Shown in pieces: positions 8,871 to 19,977 of a stretch of DNA of 64,000 nt. The stretch spans positions 1-64,000 of IMG/VR virus record IMGVR_UViG_3300029288_000148; one strand, given 5' to 3'. This DNA comes from a virus (taxonomy: Duplodnaviria; Caudoviricetes). Each line of letters opens with the position of its first letter. The stretch's first letter is position 1. The translations under genes and the position numbers were made by a program. The notes beneath the pieces were generated by a model, which did no database searches, was not told where the DNA came from, and worked only from the letters and a program-made list of their open reading frames with translations.

Positions 8871-9470
8871 TCAACGCATCTGAAACAACTTTATTCCTGC
8901 TTTTAAAGATATAGTTTTTTGGCTTGACTGATAACCCACCCCCAGATAACCCTTCCTGAACGCATAGAGAAGCTCTGGGTTGAATGAATTGACTGTGGCG
9001 GGTATATCCACTCCAAGATAGACATAACGTGCATAATTAGTGTTAAAATAGGTTTTATGCTCAATTACCTGCTGCGGTCTGAGAATTTTATACTCAAAAA
9101 CATTCCCTATTGGCATGTTTTGGCTTATGGTATCAATAAGGTTTACGGTTATAAGGCTATCCCCCCATGCCCTCTCGTAAATAAATAGATCGTAAAAGTC
9201 TGCTATTATATTAAAGGTGTCCACTTGGTTTGCCGCAACAATTGAATCGATCCATGCCTTGTCCCTTACGATCCGGTCCTTCCACTTAACAATATACTCC
9301 GGCGGTTTGTCCGGGATCGAATGTGTTGTGGTGTCCTTAATATAAAAGGTGTCCACAACCGTTTCAGGACATGGGTTTTTCTTCGGATAATATTTATATC
9401 CTCCATAGAACGCACCTGCCAATAATGCGATCAATGCCACGATAATAATGATTGTTTCTGCTTTCTTCAT
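8871..9470 (-). CDS. membrane-anchored periplasmic protein, putative spanin-like lysis protein
   Basis: N-terminal TM; D-S/T-rich stalk; C-terminal amphipathic beta strands (GYLGVGY..LKAGIKLF). Confidence 0.5.
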   Translation of the reverse strand: MKKAETIIIIVALIALLAGAFYGGYKYYPKKNPCPETVVDTFYIKDTTTHSIPDKPPEYIVKWKDRIVRDKAWIDSIVAANQVDTFNIIADFYDLFIYERAWGDSLITVNLIDTISQNMPIGNVFEYKILRPQQVIEHKTYFNTNYARYVYLGVDIPATVNSFNPELLYAFRKGYLGVGYQSSQKTISLKAGIKLFQMR

Positions 9471-9472
9471 GA

Positions 9473-12400
9473 TTACTCTATTTTAAATGTTCCAACTACT
9501 CTGTCCATTGCCTGATCCCATGCTACTCCGTACAGATGCTCAAGCTGTGTCTTGTCTGTCCCTGGCTGCATGTTCTCGCTCTTGCTCTTATAGCTTCGCG
9601 GATCAGTCCCAACCAATGACTTGACTGCCCTGCCATATTCCTCAGTAAGCTTTTCGTTGAATATCCTCGCCTGTTGTAAAGATAGTTCAATTTTCTCCGC
9701 TCCTCTTGATATGGTGCGTGTCTGCTTGATCTCTTTAAAGCCTCCAAACTCTTTCAGCAATCCCCAGACCTTCTCATCTTTCTCCCGAAGCATCAGCCAG
9801 TAAGGATTGTAAAGAAGCTTTTGTTGTTTCAAAGATTCGGTTACTTCGGCCTTATCTACTTTCAGGTTCTTTATCACATCATCCATCTCTTTGCTGAAAT
9901 CGAAATATCCTTTGCCTCCATCTTTGAACTCCTCCCATGAATCCCGGAACCGTATTGCTGTTTCGTGAATGATCAGATCAAGCCGGTCATTTTCCTTTCT
10001 TGCCTCAACATTGGTCATCATGTCATTCTTTAAATTGGCAATCTTCAAATCCCTGATACCTGACATTGTTTGACGAAACTTATTTATTGCAGTCTTATTT
10101 CCTTCATAGAAAGAGAATAGATCCTCGTTCTCCGGTTCAGCCATAAGTTTTTCAAGTCTTTCAAAATCTTCTTTAATTACATGATTATTGAATGACCTGT
10201 TAAGCTTCTCCATCTCGTCAAGCTTGGAATAGAAGTCAGATACATAACTGCTATATGGACCAATGGGTGTTTCTGTCACAAATGCTTTCGTAAATGGCAT
10301 ACGGCTTAATGTAGTAAACAGATCATCCGGCTTCGATTCTACCAAGCCAAGTTCTTGGAGTATCTCGTCCGTTATTCTAACAGCTCCTATCCCTGCACCA
10401 CCGAAATAGCTCTTTATGTAATGCTCCATCTTCAAGGGGCTTGCCCCAACTGCATTTCCGATTGATTTGAGTATTTCCGGTGTTGATTCAAAATACTGTT
10501 CTTCAGGTTTGAGCATGGCTAATGTTTCAGGGATTATCGGCTTCCCTGTATAAGCCTTCTTATTCATTACCATCTCTACCTTTGGTCTGACAATAAAAGG
10601 AATAAGTTCTGAAACATTGCTTATTGGCGAAAAATCTTTAAACAACTCTCTTGCCAAAGACTGTGCTGTTCGGGGATCGTCTTTTGCTGCAAAGTCAAGT
10701 GCCGATTCTACTGTTGAAGCAAATACCATCCCCAAAAATCCTTTTGGCAGTGGGAAATAATTATCTGTCCCAGGGATCCTTATATTAAACATTCCTATTC
10801 TTCTCCATTCTGGAAGGGACTGATAACGTTCCGTGGCCTCCTCATCCCAGTTATTCGCAAGCCAATTCACAATAGCCGGAGCTGTTATTGCCAATCCTTT
10901 TAAGAAAAACTTCTTCGGGTCTCTGCCTACTGCCTCAGTCATCATTCTGGTATGCTGTAACCTGGCATTTAAGAATGGGTATAATGGCAGAATACTCCTC
11001 ATGGCTGCACCGTGGATGCCATAGTCGGCAGATATATCTCTCGATTCTATCGCTGCGGCATATACGTCTCCGGTCTTTTTGTATGCGTTCTTAAATGCTC
11101 CTACCCTGGTGCCCATTTCTGACATACGGGAAAAGTCCTGTAAAGCCAAAAGGGGATTTCTTGAATATGTTTTCCATTTACGATTAAGCGGCCTTCCTAC
11201 TTTCCTTTCTGCGTATTTCTCCTCAAGTAGTTTATCGGATGCTGTAAGAAATGACTGATCTGCTCCACTTGCCATCCATTTCTGAAACATATCATCTTTC
11301 TTTATTGAAGAAAAAATCCCTTTTACAAAATCCACTGGCGAATATCCATGTTTTGAATAAAACCATGCAGATATTTGGTCACGACCTACGTTGCGCACCG
11401 GGAATGTCGGGTCAAACACAACGGCTCCTGCCTGTAACCAACGGGACGGCATACTCATTATTCTGATCAAATGGCTAACCTTTGGCTCGTTTTGAAACAG
11501 ATTATTGTAAGTCTCTGCGTCAACATCATAATATTTGATTTTACCTTCTTCCCAGACACTCAGAATCTTCCCTTTTGGTGCCTTATGCTCCATGATCCAA
11601 GTCATTTCCCCTGTCTTTACATCAAATGCAGGCTTAATGACATTGTTATTTTCGATGAACTGAATCAAAGACTTATCCTCTTTAAGCAAAAACTTATCGC
11701 CCTTGCTTTCTTTTAGTCCGTAGTTCTGAATATCAAATAGCGCATCCCGGACGTTCCGATTATGAATGTTATGCTCTGCTGCAGACAGGATATTATAAGT
11801 ATTCTCAATCATACTGGAAAAAATATCCCGGACCTGTCTTTCTGATCCAAGTCTTTTCCACATTCCCTTTTCGGACGTTGCTAAAACATCCTTGCCCGTG
11901 CCAGCCATTCCCTTACTCTTTTCAAACTCCTCAAATACTCTTCTTAATGGTACATAATACTGGTGCTCCTTCTTAATCTTCTCAATAACCTCTCTCGATA
12001 TTTTCCCCGATTCAGCATAGAAATCGAGCAATGCTTCATTATACTTCTGAACCTTTGATTGAAAGTCCCAAAGCTCCCTCACCCCATATTGCTTTTCGTA
12101 CAGGTCAATCTTTGCCTTGGCATCAGCTATTGGCATAACTGCCTGTTCTGGCTTCCTGTTCTGGTAAGATTCCAAACTATCTTTTGCAAGCAAATAATCC
12201 GAATAATCCCCGTATTTTTTTGAACCTTGAAATAATTTATGGGTTTTTAACACAGACATAAGACCTTCAATGTCTGTTCTTATCTCAATGTCTTTCCCTC
12301 GCTTAAAATAAGGGTGGTATAACAACCATTGCTGCGCCCTGCCATCAATACCCATCATGGCCTTTGCGGAAGCATACGGGTCCTTAAACATCACTGCATT

Positions 12401-15400
12401 GCTGCCAACAACCTTCTTCCATTCTTCTGAAAGGTTTTTCATGTACTGCAAGTGGTTCACATAAGAATATAAGAACTTGTCCGGATCCCACGATTTTATT
12501 AATCCTTCAAACCAAGGATCTTTTTTCTCGTTTTCAATATAACGTCTTGCTCTCGGATCAAGGTCAGCGTAATCCTTAAACTCCTTCCTTGCTGTTTCCA
12601 GTGCCTCTTTTATCGGTGGTGCCGCATCAAGCATTTTTTCAAACCAAGCATGGAATTTCGGAAGCTCTGTCTCAACTTTTTTGGAATCTGCAATATAATT
12701 CCAGGTAAATTCCGCAATGGCTTCTGTCTTGCTTCTTGCACTCACCGGATAATTAATGTCCATGAGAAAGTCTGCAAGCTCTTTTTTGAAATAGTCACGC
12801 TGTAATACTCCTGCTACAATATTATCTCCATATTTTGCCCGTAACTGAGCTAATCGCTTTTCTCTGGCTGCAAGTTGTGGCTGAAGCTTTGTCTTTAACT
12901 CGTTAGCCTTAATTACAGATATTCTTGGAAGATTAGTTTTTTTATCAATCTCCTTGGCATCACGGTCAATCTTATCAAAGTCACGGTAAATTCTTCCCTT
13001 GTACTTCACGCCAACAGACCTAATTTCTGCAGCTACATCAGCATATTTCTCCGGAAGGTTCTTTGCGCCAACAACATTTCTGAAATCAAATATCTGGAAA
13101 TCGAGCCAATGTCCCAGTTCGTGCGAAAGTACCCGGAAGTCTTTTAATCCTTTTATTCTGACAATACCGCTATCAGGGAAGAATACCCCTGCAGCATTTT
13201 TCAAAAACCTCTTTATCATACCTGACCTTACACCTCCTCCGGGTTTCCTCTTGAGGTTATTAATAAGATTCCTGCTTATCTGCGAAAGTGTCATAGAATT
13301 ATTCAGGTCGCTGCCTCCGTAGGCTGGATCCTCCTTTGTACTTAATGGCAACTGATCGCCAAATCCAATAGCCTCGGCATCCTGTTTTGTTTCCGTCTTT
13401 ATGGTGTTGCCGGCCCTGTCGTTCTTATCCCTCCACCTGCGATTCTTCGATGCTCTTGTTCCAAGTGCTTCTTTGCGCTGTGGTAATCCTTCTGGCTTTG
13501 ATGGCGGTACATCCGGCTTCTCTTTCCAATATCCTTTTTCAATGTTTTCCAGAATATCCTTTGTGCTCATAAAGAATGGTTTCTCTATAAGCTGATTCTT
13601 GGTGTCAAACATTGATACATCGGCACCAATATTATTAGCCTTCCACTCAAGATCGACAAAAAACTCTCCGTCCTTATCCTCGAATAACTTGCCCTTAATA
13701 TCAGAAATCTCGGTTAATGGCAGCAAATCATAGTGTCCTCTTTCCTGTGCTGTCAATTTTCTGCCATAGGTAAGCGTTTCAAATCTCTCCCCTGGTTCCA
13801 GTTCTGCCCTTACAAATCCCTCTTTAGGATATGTGCCAATATCAAAAGGTCTTGATGTCAATCGATATTTATACTCTTTGGCTCCTTCTGGCGCTTTCTC
13901 GGCCCTTACTTCTTTTATTTCTGGTTTCTGTTCAGTAAGCCATTTGTTTACTTCCTTCATTATGGCATGTATCCCCGATTCTGCAACTGGGACTTTTTCC
14001 CCCTTGAGAAATGACATTAATCCCTGCCTGTATTTTTTATTACTATCGCCTGAAAGACCATAAATAGCATCACTAATCATCTTATTCCTATCCCAATCAC
14101 TTACAGCAATTTTTGTCTTTTCTTTTATAGAATTAAGATAATCCTCATATTTTACATATCCAGGTATTTCTTCTGGTACAAACTTTTCTTTTGGTGCTTC
14201 TACTCCTCCCTCGGTAAACTTTTTCAGGTTAGCGTTAATATCCCTCTGCAGCTTGCCCAACTTAACTCCGGTATATTCTTCAAAGAAATTCTTCCAGTTC
14301 TTATTGTTGTAAAAATTTCTGTCCTGAAGTGCCTTTAAATTCTTTGCATCAATCTCCTTTTTAAGTGCAGTAAAATGCTTTGTATTTACCTCTATACTCT
14401 TTGCCTTTGCCTTTTCTATATCCTCGGCAGAGTATTTTATGCCACGCTTCTGCCCGTCCTCTATCGCTCTCTCAAGTGCCTTCTGTGACATTTCATTGAC
14501 ATACTTCGTGACAATATCCGGTTCGGTAGGTCTTACTTCTGGCATCTCCGGCTTCCGCTCTTCCGGCAATACTTCTTCTGCCTTAAACTCATAACGGGAT
14601 AATGCCTCATTCTCTCTGCCAATAGGTATTCCTTCTGCATCCGCTAATAACTGGCGTCTTGCTGATTCTCTTGCCTTTGCTTCTGTCAGATCAGGACTGC
14701 TTGTAAGGTATGCCCTTCTCCATTTTTCCTCACCTTTCTTCCGATAAAAAGTTTTAAATACCTTATCTCCTCTATCAAGTGCTCTGTTTATTAAGTCAAC
14801 ATCTTGATTTGAATCATAATCTGCCACCTCCGGTGATCTTAGTTCTGGCAGTTCTTTTTCTACTTTTGGTGTAACAGATTTTGCTTTCTCAATATCGCTC
14901 CTGTATTTCTCAATTAAATCATAAGCCTCTCTTGGTTTGTTTAACAACTCTGATACCTTATAACCTAATTCCCCGCCTCCCTGGAGCCAAGATATATATT
15001 TACCCGAATCCAGACTATCAGTATATTTTTCAACACCCATAACATCAGCAACCATATCAAGTAATTTCTGTGTAACGGGTGTTCTTGTATTAGGCTGATA
15101 TTCCGGAAAGCTCTCCCGATCACTAACTATTTCCGGTTTCTCTGGTGCTGCTGCAAATAGATCCCCTTGCGTTAACACTTCCTCTATCTTGCCTTTTCTT
15201 TCACTATTTAAGTCATCAATCTCTCTTTGCAACTGCGCGGCTCTCTCCTCAAAAGGTTTCCGGATTCTTTCTACTGCACCCTCAAGATCAAATCCCTGCT
15301 CCTCTCTTTTAATAATCTCATCCGGATCAACGGGCTTATTGTCCCCAAATAGACCTACTCTTTCTTTATTTGCCTTATCAATGGCGTCTTGAATCTTTTT

Positions 15401-18400
15401 AGGGATCAATTTAAGTTCCTCTTGCTTATCAGCAATCTTTTTATCGTACTCCTTATTGATCTTATCAATTTGCGCCTGTTGTTCAGGTGTTGCTTTGATC
15501 TCAGACTTTACAGGCTTTTCTTCTGGGACAGATTTGCCCTGATCTTTGCCAGCTTCATCGCCAGCTTTATCAAGTTCGGAGACGGCTTCTCTTTCTTCGT
15601 CTGCCCGTTCTGATTCGATTCGTTCGCGTTCTGCGTCTTCATCTTTAAGTATTTTTTTAACTCGTTCAACATCATTCTTATCAATAATTCCGTATTCGAC
15701 TGCTTTGTCAATATTGTCCAAGGTCAAATCTCCATAGTCCTTCGCAAATGCAACAACCTTCTCATTTGCGATTTCTTCCATTACATCCTTAATTTTAATA
15801 GGTCTGCCTATTTCTTTACCTGGCTTGAGATTGAGTACTCCTCTTTTAAACATATTTTCCAAACCATCAATAACAGCTTGTGTATCAACATTTGCATTGC
15901 CCTTTAAAATATCATCTATTGCCTTGTCTCTTGTTTTAACATCTCCCGGCAAGTCGAGATCATATAAATATACTCTTGCCTCTAACATCATATCAAGGAA
16001 AGTCTTAAACTCCCCCTCCGGAATATCTGCAAGCTTTTTATTGTCGCCCCTGACTGCCGTTTTTCTGACCTTACTGCCGTTTTTCTTGACAACAAGTTTT
16101 TTGCCTTCCATGCCAATTGAATACTTGTCCTTTTCGGATTCGCCCATCAATCGCCGAATGTGACTTCTTATCTCCCCCTGCCTTGATTTGGTTGTGCCCT
16201 TGGCATTATATTCACTCACTAACCCCGCAATCCGATCATTTATGCGAATAGCCTTTTCTTCTGGTGTTTCGACCTTCTTTGGCTCAATGGGTTTTTCTGG
16301 CTCTGACGGCTTCTCCTCTTTGATCTCAGGTGTTTCAGCCTTAACTTCTGGTTTCTCGACAACCCCTTCTTTCCCGGGATCCACAACAATCACGTCCGGG
16401 ATCTCCTCTTTTATAACATCCTCCGGTTTAATATCTCCTTTAGGAATAAAACTGTAATATTTCGCCACAAGTTTATTCTCCTCCGGTGTTCTTTCATTAA
16501 CATTTTTCTCAAGTGCAGATACCAGTAAGGCATCATCAAATCCCTCCTCTTTTAATTTCTCAATGATCTTTGTCTTTTCTTCAATCGGTAATGAAGCAGC
16601 CTTCTCCTGAATCTTCATGTCATTCAATTGCGCCTGATTACGGATAGCAAAAGATTCTGCCTCCTCCGGTGTGCCAAACTTTTTCCTTTCCACTAACACA
16701 CCTTCTTTGTTGACCATATCTACATATACCCCGTTTTGCGTAATCTTATCTCCATAAAGATTAATATCTTCCATTGCGGTTCCCCTCGATGCCCAAAGAA
16801 GCTTCTGTTTTAATCTCGCAGGGATATTTTCATTTTGCAGGATCATACCCAAATACGCATCATCATGTGCGAGTTTCCTTACAAGTGTTTTGTAGTCCTT
16901 TCCCCCAACCGATTCTATCTCATACGGCACAAGATCAACAGCAAATATCCCTTCCCCTGCCTTGTTTGGATTGTATGCTACTGATTTATAAAAGTTCATC
17001 GCCGCTTTTTTCGGATCTTCTATTGCTGATGGTATCCTCCCAACTTTATGTGAAAGCTTTAGCATAGCAAGCATAGCAGCCGTACTAATAAAATCATCTT
17101 TCGTTGCCGGCCTGCCTTCAAGTAATGCTCCTCCTCCTGCGAATAATGCGCTCTCTGCAGTCAGCCCTCCTATTCCTATTGCTCCCTTTGCACCCAATCG
17201 TCCAATAGCATTAGGGATCATTGATGCCTTTTGCGCAAGCATTGATGCCCCAATTCCAAAACCTCCTACGCCAAGACCAAGAACAGAACTCTCCATGCCA
17301 TGTTTAAACACCTGTGACAATCTTATATCATCAAATGATGCATCAGGCACCGCCCATTGCCCAAGGGCATCTGTTATGGCAGAATACGATCCAAGGGCAG
17401 CCGATGAACTACCCATGCCCTGTAATGCTATTGTAGTTCTTTCTGCAGCTTTCAATGCAAACTCCCCAGCAAGCCTCTCCGGAATACCTACCTTAATCAT
17501 TTTCTTAGTAGAATTTTCCATTATTTTCTTCACAAATGGAGCTGCGGCTTTCTTTGTAATAGTCGTTCCAAGTTTCCCCCCAAGACCAAATGCCGGCATG
17601 TCTAAAAGAAATCCCAATACCATTGCCGTTACATCGGTCATAGTGTCGCTGTCATACTTACTCAGCCATTCCTCCGGTGCTCTTGATTCGCCATTAATAA
17701 TGTTATCTGCCAACCCAGTTATGGTTTGATTATACGCCCTGCCAAGGATATATGTAAGCTTTGACGGAGTTTTTAGAAGCATATTAAGGCGATCCTTCTC
17801 CTTTAAAAGTGCAGCTCTCTCCTCAGAAACAATCGGTTTTGAAATAAATGGTCCTGCCGTCGGAAGTATTGTGCCTACCGATTGTTGCTCTGCCGGCAAT
17901 GCAGCAAGTTTCTTGTCTATTTCAGCTAATTCGGCTTCCGTCTTTGTTTTGAAATAGTCTTCGCCAAGTGTTTCACTGATTACTTTTTGTCCAATACGCT
18001 GTTCCTTAAACCCTGCTTTCGGTTCTTCAATCTTTAGCTCTGGCTTTTTTAAATGATCGAATCGCTGTTCCGTAAGATAGTTTCCTATGGAGAATTGCAG
18101 GGTGCTTTTAAAAATATCCTTCCCTGTATATCTGTCTTTCTCTTTTTGTGTTGTTAATAAATCTGAATCTTCTTCTACGTCTTCTGGTTTGGAGACGGTC
18201 TCGGGAAATCCTTCCTCTACTTCCGGCTCTGTTGCTTTACCCTTACGAACCTGGGCAAACATATCTTCAAATACTTTTGCGCTTGGCAAACCATAGTCGC
18301 CAGCTTCTTTTTTTTTTAACCCAAAGGTGTATAAGAACTCATTATAGTCAGAAGGTATCGCATAATTATCTTCCAGTAATTGCTTATGTAGCAAAGAAGC

Positions 18401-18526
18401 ATTTGAAGTGTCTTTAAAAGTCTTTTCAAAAATAGCATAGTCTTCCGGTACCGCATACTGATCTTTCAATAACTGCTGGTGTAGTAAGTCTAAGTCCGGG
18501 TGTTTTTTTACTTCTTGATCTGCCAT
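9473..18526 (-). CDS. 3017-aa polyvalent DNA-ejection/internal virion protein (DarA_C-like, zincin HExxH, LPD38-like domains)
   Basis: YKYRLTSRPFDIGTYP..LTY..LT..E..HYDL (~13718-13878); VLSHELGHWLD (~13100-13130) with downstream EAIAE; PFLNARLQ..LPEWRR..PLPKG (~10300-10980); follows two smaller cargo genes. Confidence 0.75.
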   Translation of the reverse strand: MADQEVKKHPDLDLLHQQLLKDQYAVPEDYAIFEKTFKDTSNASLLHKQLLEDNYAIPSDYNEFLYTFGLKKKEAGDYGLPSAKVFEDMFAQVRKGKATEPEVEEGFPETVSKPEDVEEDSDLLTTQKEKDRYTGKDIFKSTLQFSIGNYLTEQRFDHLKKPELKIEEPKAGFKEQRIGQKVISETLGEDYFKTKTEAELAEIDKKLAALPAEQQSVGTILPTAGPFISKPIVSEERAALLKEKDRLNMLLKTPSKLTYILGRAYNQTITGLADNIINGESRAPEEWLSKYDSDTMTDVTAMVLGFLLDMPAFGLGGKLGTTITKKAAAPFVKKIMENSTKKMIKVGIPERLAGEFALKAAERTTIALQGMGSSSAALGSYSAITDALGQWAVPDASFDDIRLSQVFKHGMESSVLGLGVGGFGIGASMLAQKASMIPNAIGRLGAKGAIGIGGLTAESALFAGGGALLEGRPATKDDFISTAAMLAMLKLSHKVGRIPSAIEDPKKAAMNFYKSVAYNPNKAGEGIFAVDLVPYEIESVGGKDYKTLVRKLAHDDAYLGMILQNENIPARLKQKLLWASRGTAMEDINLYGDKITQNGVYVDMVNKEGVLVERKKFGTPEEAESFAIRNQAQLNDMKIQEKAASLPIEEKTKIIEKLKEEGFDDALLVSALEKNVNERTPEENKLVAKYYSFIPKGDIKPEDVIKEEIPDVIVVDPGKEGVVEKPEVKAETPEIKEEKPSEPEKPIEPKKVETPEEKAIRINDRIAGLVSEYNAKGTTKSRQGEIRSHIRRLMGESEKDKYSIGMEGKKLVVKKNGSKVRKTAVRGDNKKLADIPEGEFKTFLDMMLEARVYLYDLDLPGDVKTRDKAIDDILKGNANVDTQAVIDGLENMFKRGVLNLKPGKEIGRPIKIKDVMEEIANEKVVAFAKDYGDLTLDNIDKAVEYGIIDKNDVERVKKILKDEDAERERIESERADEEREAVSELDKAGDEAGKDQGKSVPEEKPVKSEIKATPEQQAQIDKINKEYDKKIADKQEELKLIPKKIQDAIDKANKERVGLFGDNKPVDPDEIIKREEQGFDLEGAVERIRKPFEERAAQLQREIDDLNSERKGKIEEVLTQGDLFAAAPEKPEIVSDRESFPEYQPNTRTPVTQKLLDMVADVMGVEKYTDSLDSGKYISWLQGGGELGYKVSELLNKPREAYDLIEKYRSDIEKAKSVTPKVEKELPELRSPEVADYDSNQDVDLINRALDRGDKVFKTFYRKKGEEKWRRAYLTSSPDLTEAKARESARRQLLADAEGIPIGRENEALSRYEFKAEEVLPEERKPEMPEVRPTEPDIVTKYVNEMSQKALERAIEDGQKRGIKYSAEDIEKAKAKSIEVNTKHFTALKKEIDAKNLKALQDRNFYNNKNWKNFFEEYTGVKLGKLQRDINANLKKFTEGGVEAPKEKFVPEEIPGYVKYEDYLNSIKEKTKIAVSDWDRNKMISDAIYGLSGDSNKKYRQGLMSFLKGEKVPVAESGIHAIMKEVNKWLTEQKPEIKEVRAEKAPEGAKEYKYRLTSRPFDIGTYPKEGFVRAELEPGERFETLTYGRKLTAQERGHYDLLPLTEISDIKGKLFEDKDGEFFVDLEWKANNIGADVSMFDTKNQLIEKPFFMSTKDILENIEKGYWKEKPDVPPSKPEGLPQRKEALGTRASKNRRWRDKNDRAGNTIKTETKQDAEAIGFGDQLPLSTKEDPAYGGSDLNNSMTLSQISRNLINNLKRKPGGGVRSGMIKRFLKNAAGVFFPDSGIVRIKGLKDFRVLSHELGHWLDFQIFDFRNVVGAKNLPEKYADVAAEIRSVGVKYKGRIYRDFDKIDRDAKEIDKKTNLPRISVIKANELKTKLQPQLAAREKRLAQLRAKYGDNIVAGVLQRDYFKKELADFLMDINYPVSARSKTEAIAEFTWNYIADSKKVETELPKFHAWFEKMLDAAPPIKEALETARKEFKDYADLDPRARRYIENEKKDPWFEGLIKSWDPDKFLYSYVNHLQYMKNLSEEWKKVVGSNAVMFKDPYASAKAMMGIDGRAQQWLLYHPYFKRGKDIEIRTDIEGLMSVLKTHKLFQGSKKYGDYSDYLLAKDSLESYQNRKPEQAVMPIADAKAKIDLYEKQYGVRELWDFQSKVQKYNEALLDFYAESGKISREVIEKIKKEHQYYVPLRRVFEEFEKSKGMAGTGKDVLATSEKGMWKRLGSERQVRDIFSSMIENTYNILSAAEHNIHNRNVRDALFDIQNYGLKESKGDKFLLKEDKSLIQFIENNNVIKPAFDVKTGEMTWIMEHKAPKGKILSVWEEGKIKYYDVDAETYNNLFQNEPKVSHLIRIMSMPSRWLQAGAVVFDPTFPVRNVGRDQISAWFYSKHGYSPVDFVKGIFSSIKKDDMFQKWMASGADQSFLTASDKLLEEKYAERKVGRPLNRKWKTYSRNPLLALQDFSRMSEMGTRVGAFKNAYKKTGDVYAAAIESRDISADYGIHGAAMRSILPLYPFLNARLQHTRMMTEAVGRDPKKFFLKGLAITAPAIVNWLANNWDEEATERYQSLPEWRRIGMFNIRIPGTDNYFPLPKGFLGMVFASTVESALDFAAKDDPRTAQSLARELFKDFSPISNVSELIPFIVRPKVEMVMNKKAYTGKPIIPETLAMLKPEEQYFESTPEILKSIGNAVGASPLKMEHYIKSYFGGAGIGAVRITDEILQELGLVESKPDDLFTTLSRMPFTKAFVTETPIGPYSSYVSDFYSKLDEMEKLNRSFNNHVIKEDFERLEKLMAEPENEDLFSFYEGNKTAINKFRQTMSGIRDLKIANLKNDMMTNVEARKENDRLDLIIHETAIRFRDSWEEFKDGGKGYFDFSKEMDDVIKNLKVDKAEVTESLKQQKLLYNPYWLMLREKDEKVWGLLKEFGGFKEIKQTRTISRGAEKIELSLQQARIFNEKLTEEYGRAVKSLVGTDPRSYKSKSENMQPGTDKTQLEHLYGVAWDQAMDRVVGTFKIE

Positions 18527-18539
18527 GTTATTTCATTTA

Positions 18540-19976
18540 TCAACGTCCTGTTTTTCCGGGAATATAAACATCGGGTTTCCCATACTCCTTGCCGCCAACA
18601 CCTTTTTTCTCAACCCTCGGTATTTCTCCGGGTGTTCTGAAGTCCTTACCCCCAATACTTTTATATTGAGGTTCTGTGTCTCCAAACACATCCTTAAATC
18701 GCTTTATAACACCATCGACCTCAACCGGCAATTCATCTACCCTGTCTCCAAGGTTCTTCCTCGGCACTGCAATAGTTTCATTGTTGCGAGCATAAGGGAA
18801 ATCACTGCTCTGCGTCAATCTGAATAAAAACTCATCCCTTTGTGCATCGTAAAACTCCAAAGTACCTTCCAAGTCTCCTCCTCCCTCCATCGGTTCCCAT
18901 TCATCGCCATAAAATCTCGATGCTCCTTTTGCTCCAATAGGTATCCGGAATGTTGTATTTGAATCAAATTCCCACGGTGCCTGATAAGTCCTCCCCGCTG
19001 CCCCCGTGCCATATATGAGCGGGGTTTTCTTTTCCATCCCGGCTTTCATATTAACACTCTGACCAAGGAAGCTGAAATTTAATCCTCCTTTTCCGGATCC
19101 TCCTCTGACAGTAGTTCTTTCCTTGGAAGCATATTCTGGTAAGAATCTTCTCCTTATCCAATCCTCCAATGTCTCACCTTCCTTCTTTTCAACTGCATAA
19201 GCTTTCTCCGTAGATATTCTTATATCCTCCGGTGCGCTGCGAACATTAGAGGCTGCTTTGTTTATTGCAGCATCAATCCTCTTTGTTGAAGTATATTCCC
19301 TGTGAGTAATAGTTGTCTTTCCCGTTGCAGGATCAAACTGAATATCGTCCGGATGAACATCCGTACCTTTAATAAGATTGTCAAATTGTGTTGCAAAGTA
19401 TTTTCCAATGTCTGCCGGCTGGAATTTGTTCATCAATAAGTTCCCCTGTAATATCTTTGATCTCTCCAACACATTTCCTTCGGAAGTAAAATATTTCTCA
19501 AGCCTCTTTGCTGATTCTGCCCAATCAACGGTCTGATCGTTTAATGGTTTCTGTTTCTGTACTTCAATTATCTTCTTATACTCATCCACGGCGGCCTTGT
19601 TCCTTTGCCAAACATCATTCTTTTGTTTTATCTCAAGTAACTTTTGATTGAAAGCTTTTGATAATTTCTGTTCTCCAATGTTCTCCGGTCTTATAAGGTT
19701 CATCCCTTTTGCAGCAACATCAACCCATTGGGATCTCAATTCATTCAATTCATTGCTGATCTCATCAAATCCTTTCTGGTCCTCCCAGCTCTTTATATCA
19801 ACCTCGTCAAATCGGTCAAGACCTTTTTGCATCTCGGCCTCCTGTTGTTTACGCCTCTGAAAAGCTACCTGAGACAGCGTTGCCTTTGCCTGCTTCATCT
19901 CCTGAATAGGATCATAAGAAGACTCCCCGTAAAAAGGTGCTGCTATAAAATTGGGATCAAGTTTACCGTTTGCCAT
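18540..19976 (-). CDS. putative internal virion (ejection) protein
   Basis: Helical N-terminus; position between pilot-like gene and giant cargo gene. Confidence 0.55.
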   Translation of the reverse strand: MANGKLDPNFIAAPFYGESSYDPIQEMKQAKATLSQVAFQRRKQQEAEMQKGLDRFDEVDIKSWEDQKGFDEISNELNELRSQWVDVAAKGMNLIRPENIGEQKLSKAFNQKLLEIKQKNDVWQRNKAAVDEYKKIIEVQKQKPLNDQTVDWAESAKRLEKYFTSEGNVLERSKILQGNLLMNKFQPADIGKYFATQFDNLIKGTDVHPDDIQFDPATGKTTITHREYTSTKRIDAAINKAASNVRSAPEDIRISTEKAYAVEKKEGETLEDWIRRRFLPEYASKERTTVRGGSGKGGLNFSFLGQSVNMKAGMEKKTPLIYGTGAAGRTYQAPWEFDSNTTFRIPIGAKGASRFYGDEWEPMEGGGDLEGTLEFYDAQRDEFLFRLTQSSDFPYARNNETIAVPRKNLGDRVDELPVEVDGVIKRFKDVFGDTEPQYKSIGGKDFRTPGEIPRVEKKGVGGKEYGKPDVYIPGKTGR

Positions 19977-19977
19977 T

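Noticed and set aside
9473-18526. Virion RNA polymerase
   Set aside because: No DxDGD/DFDID catalytic motif seen in the giant protein
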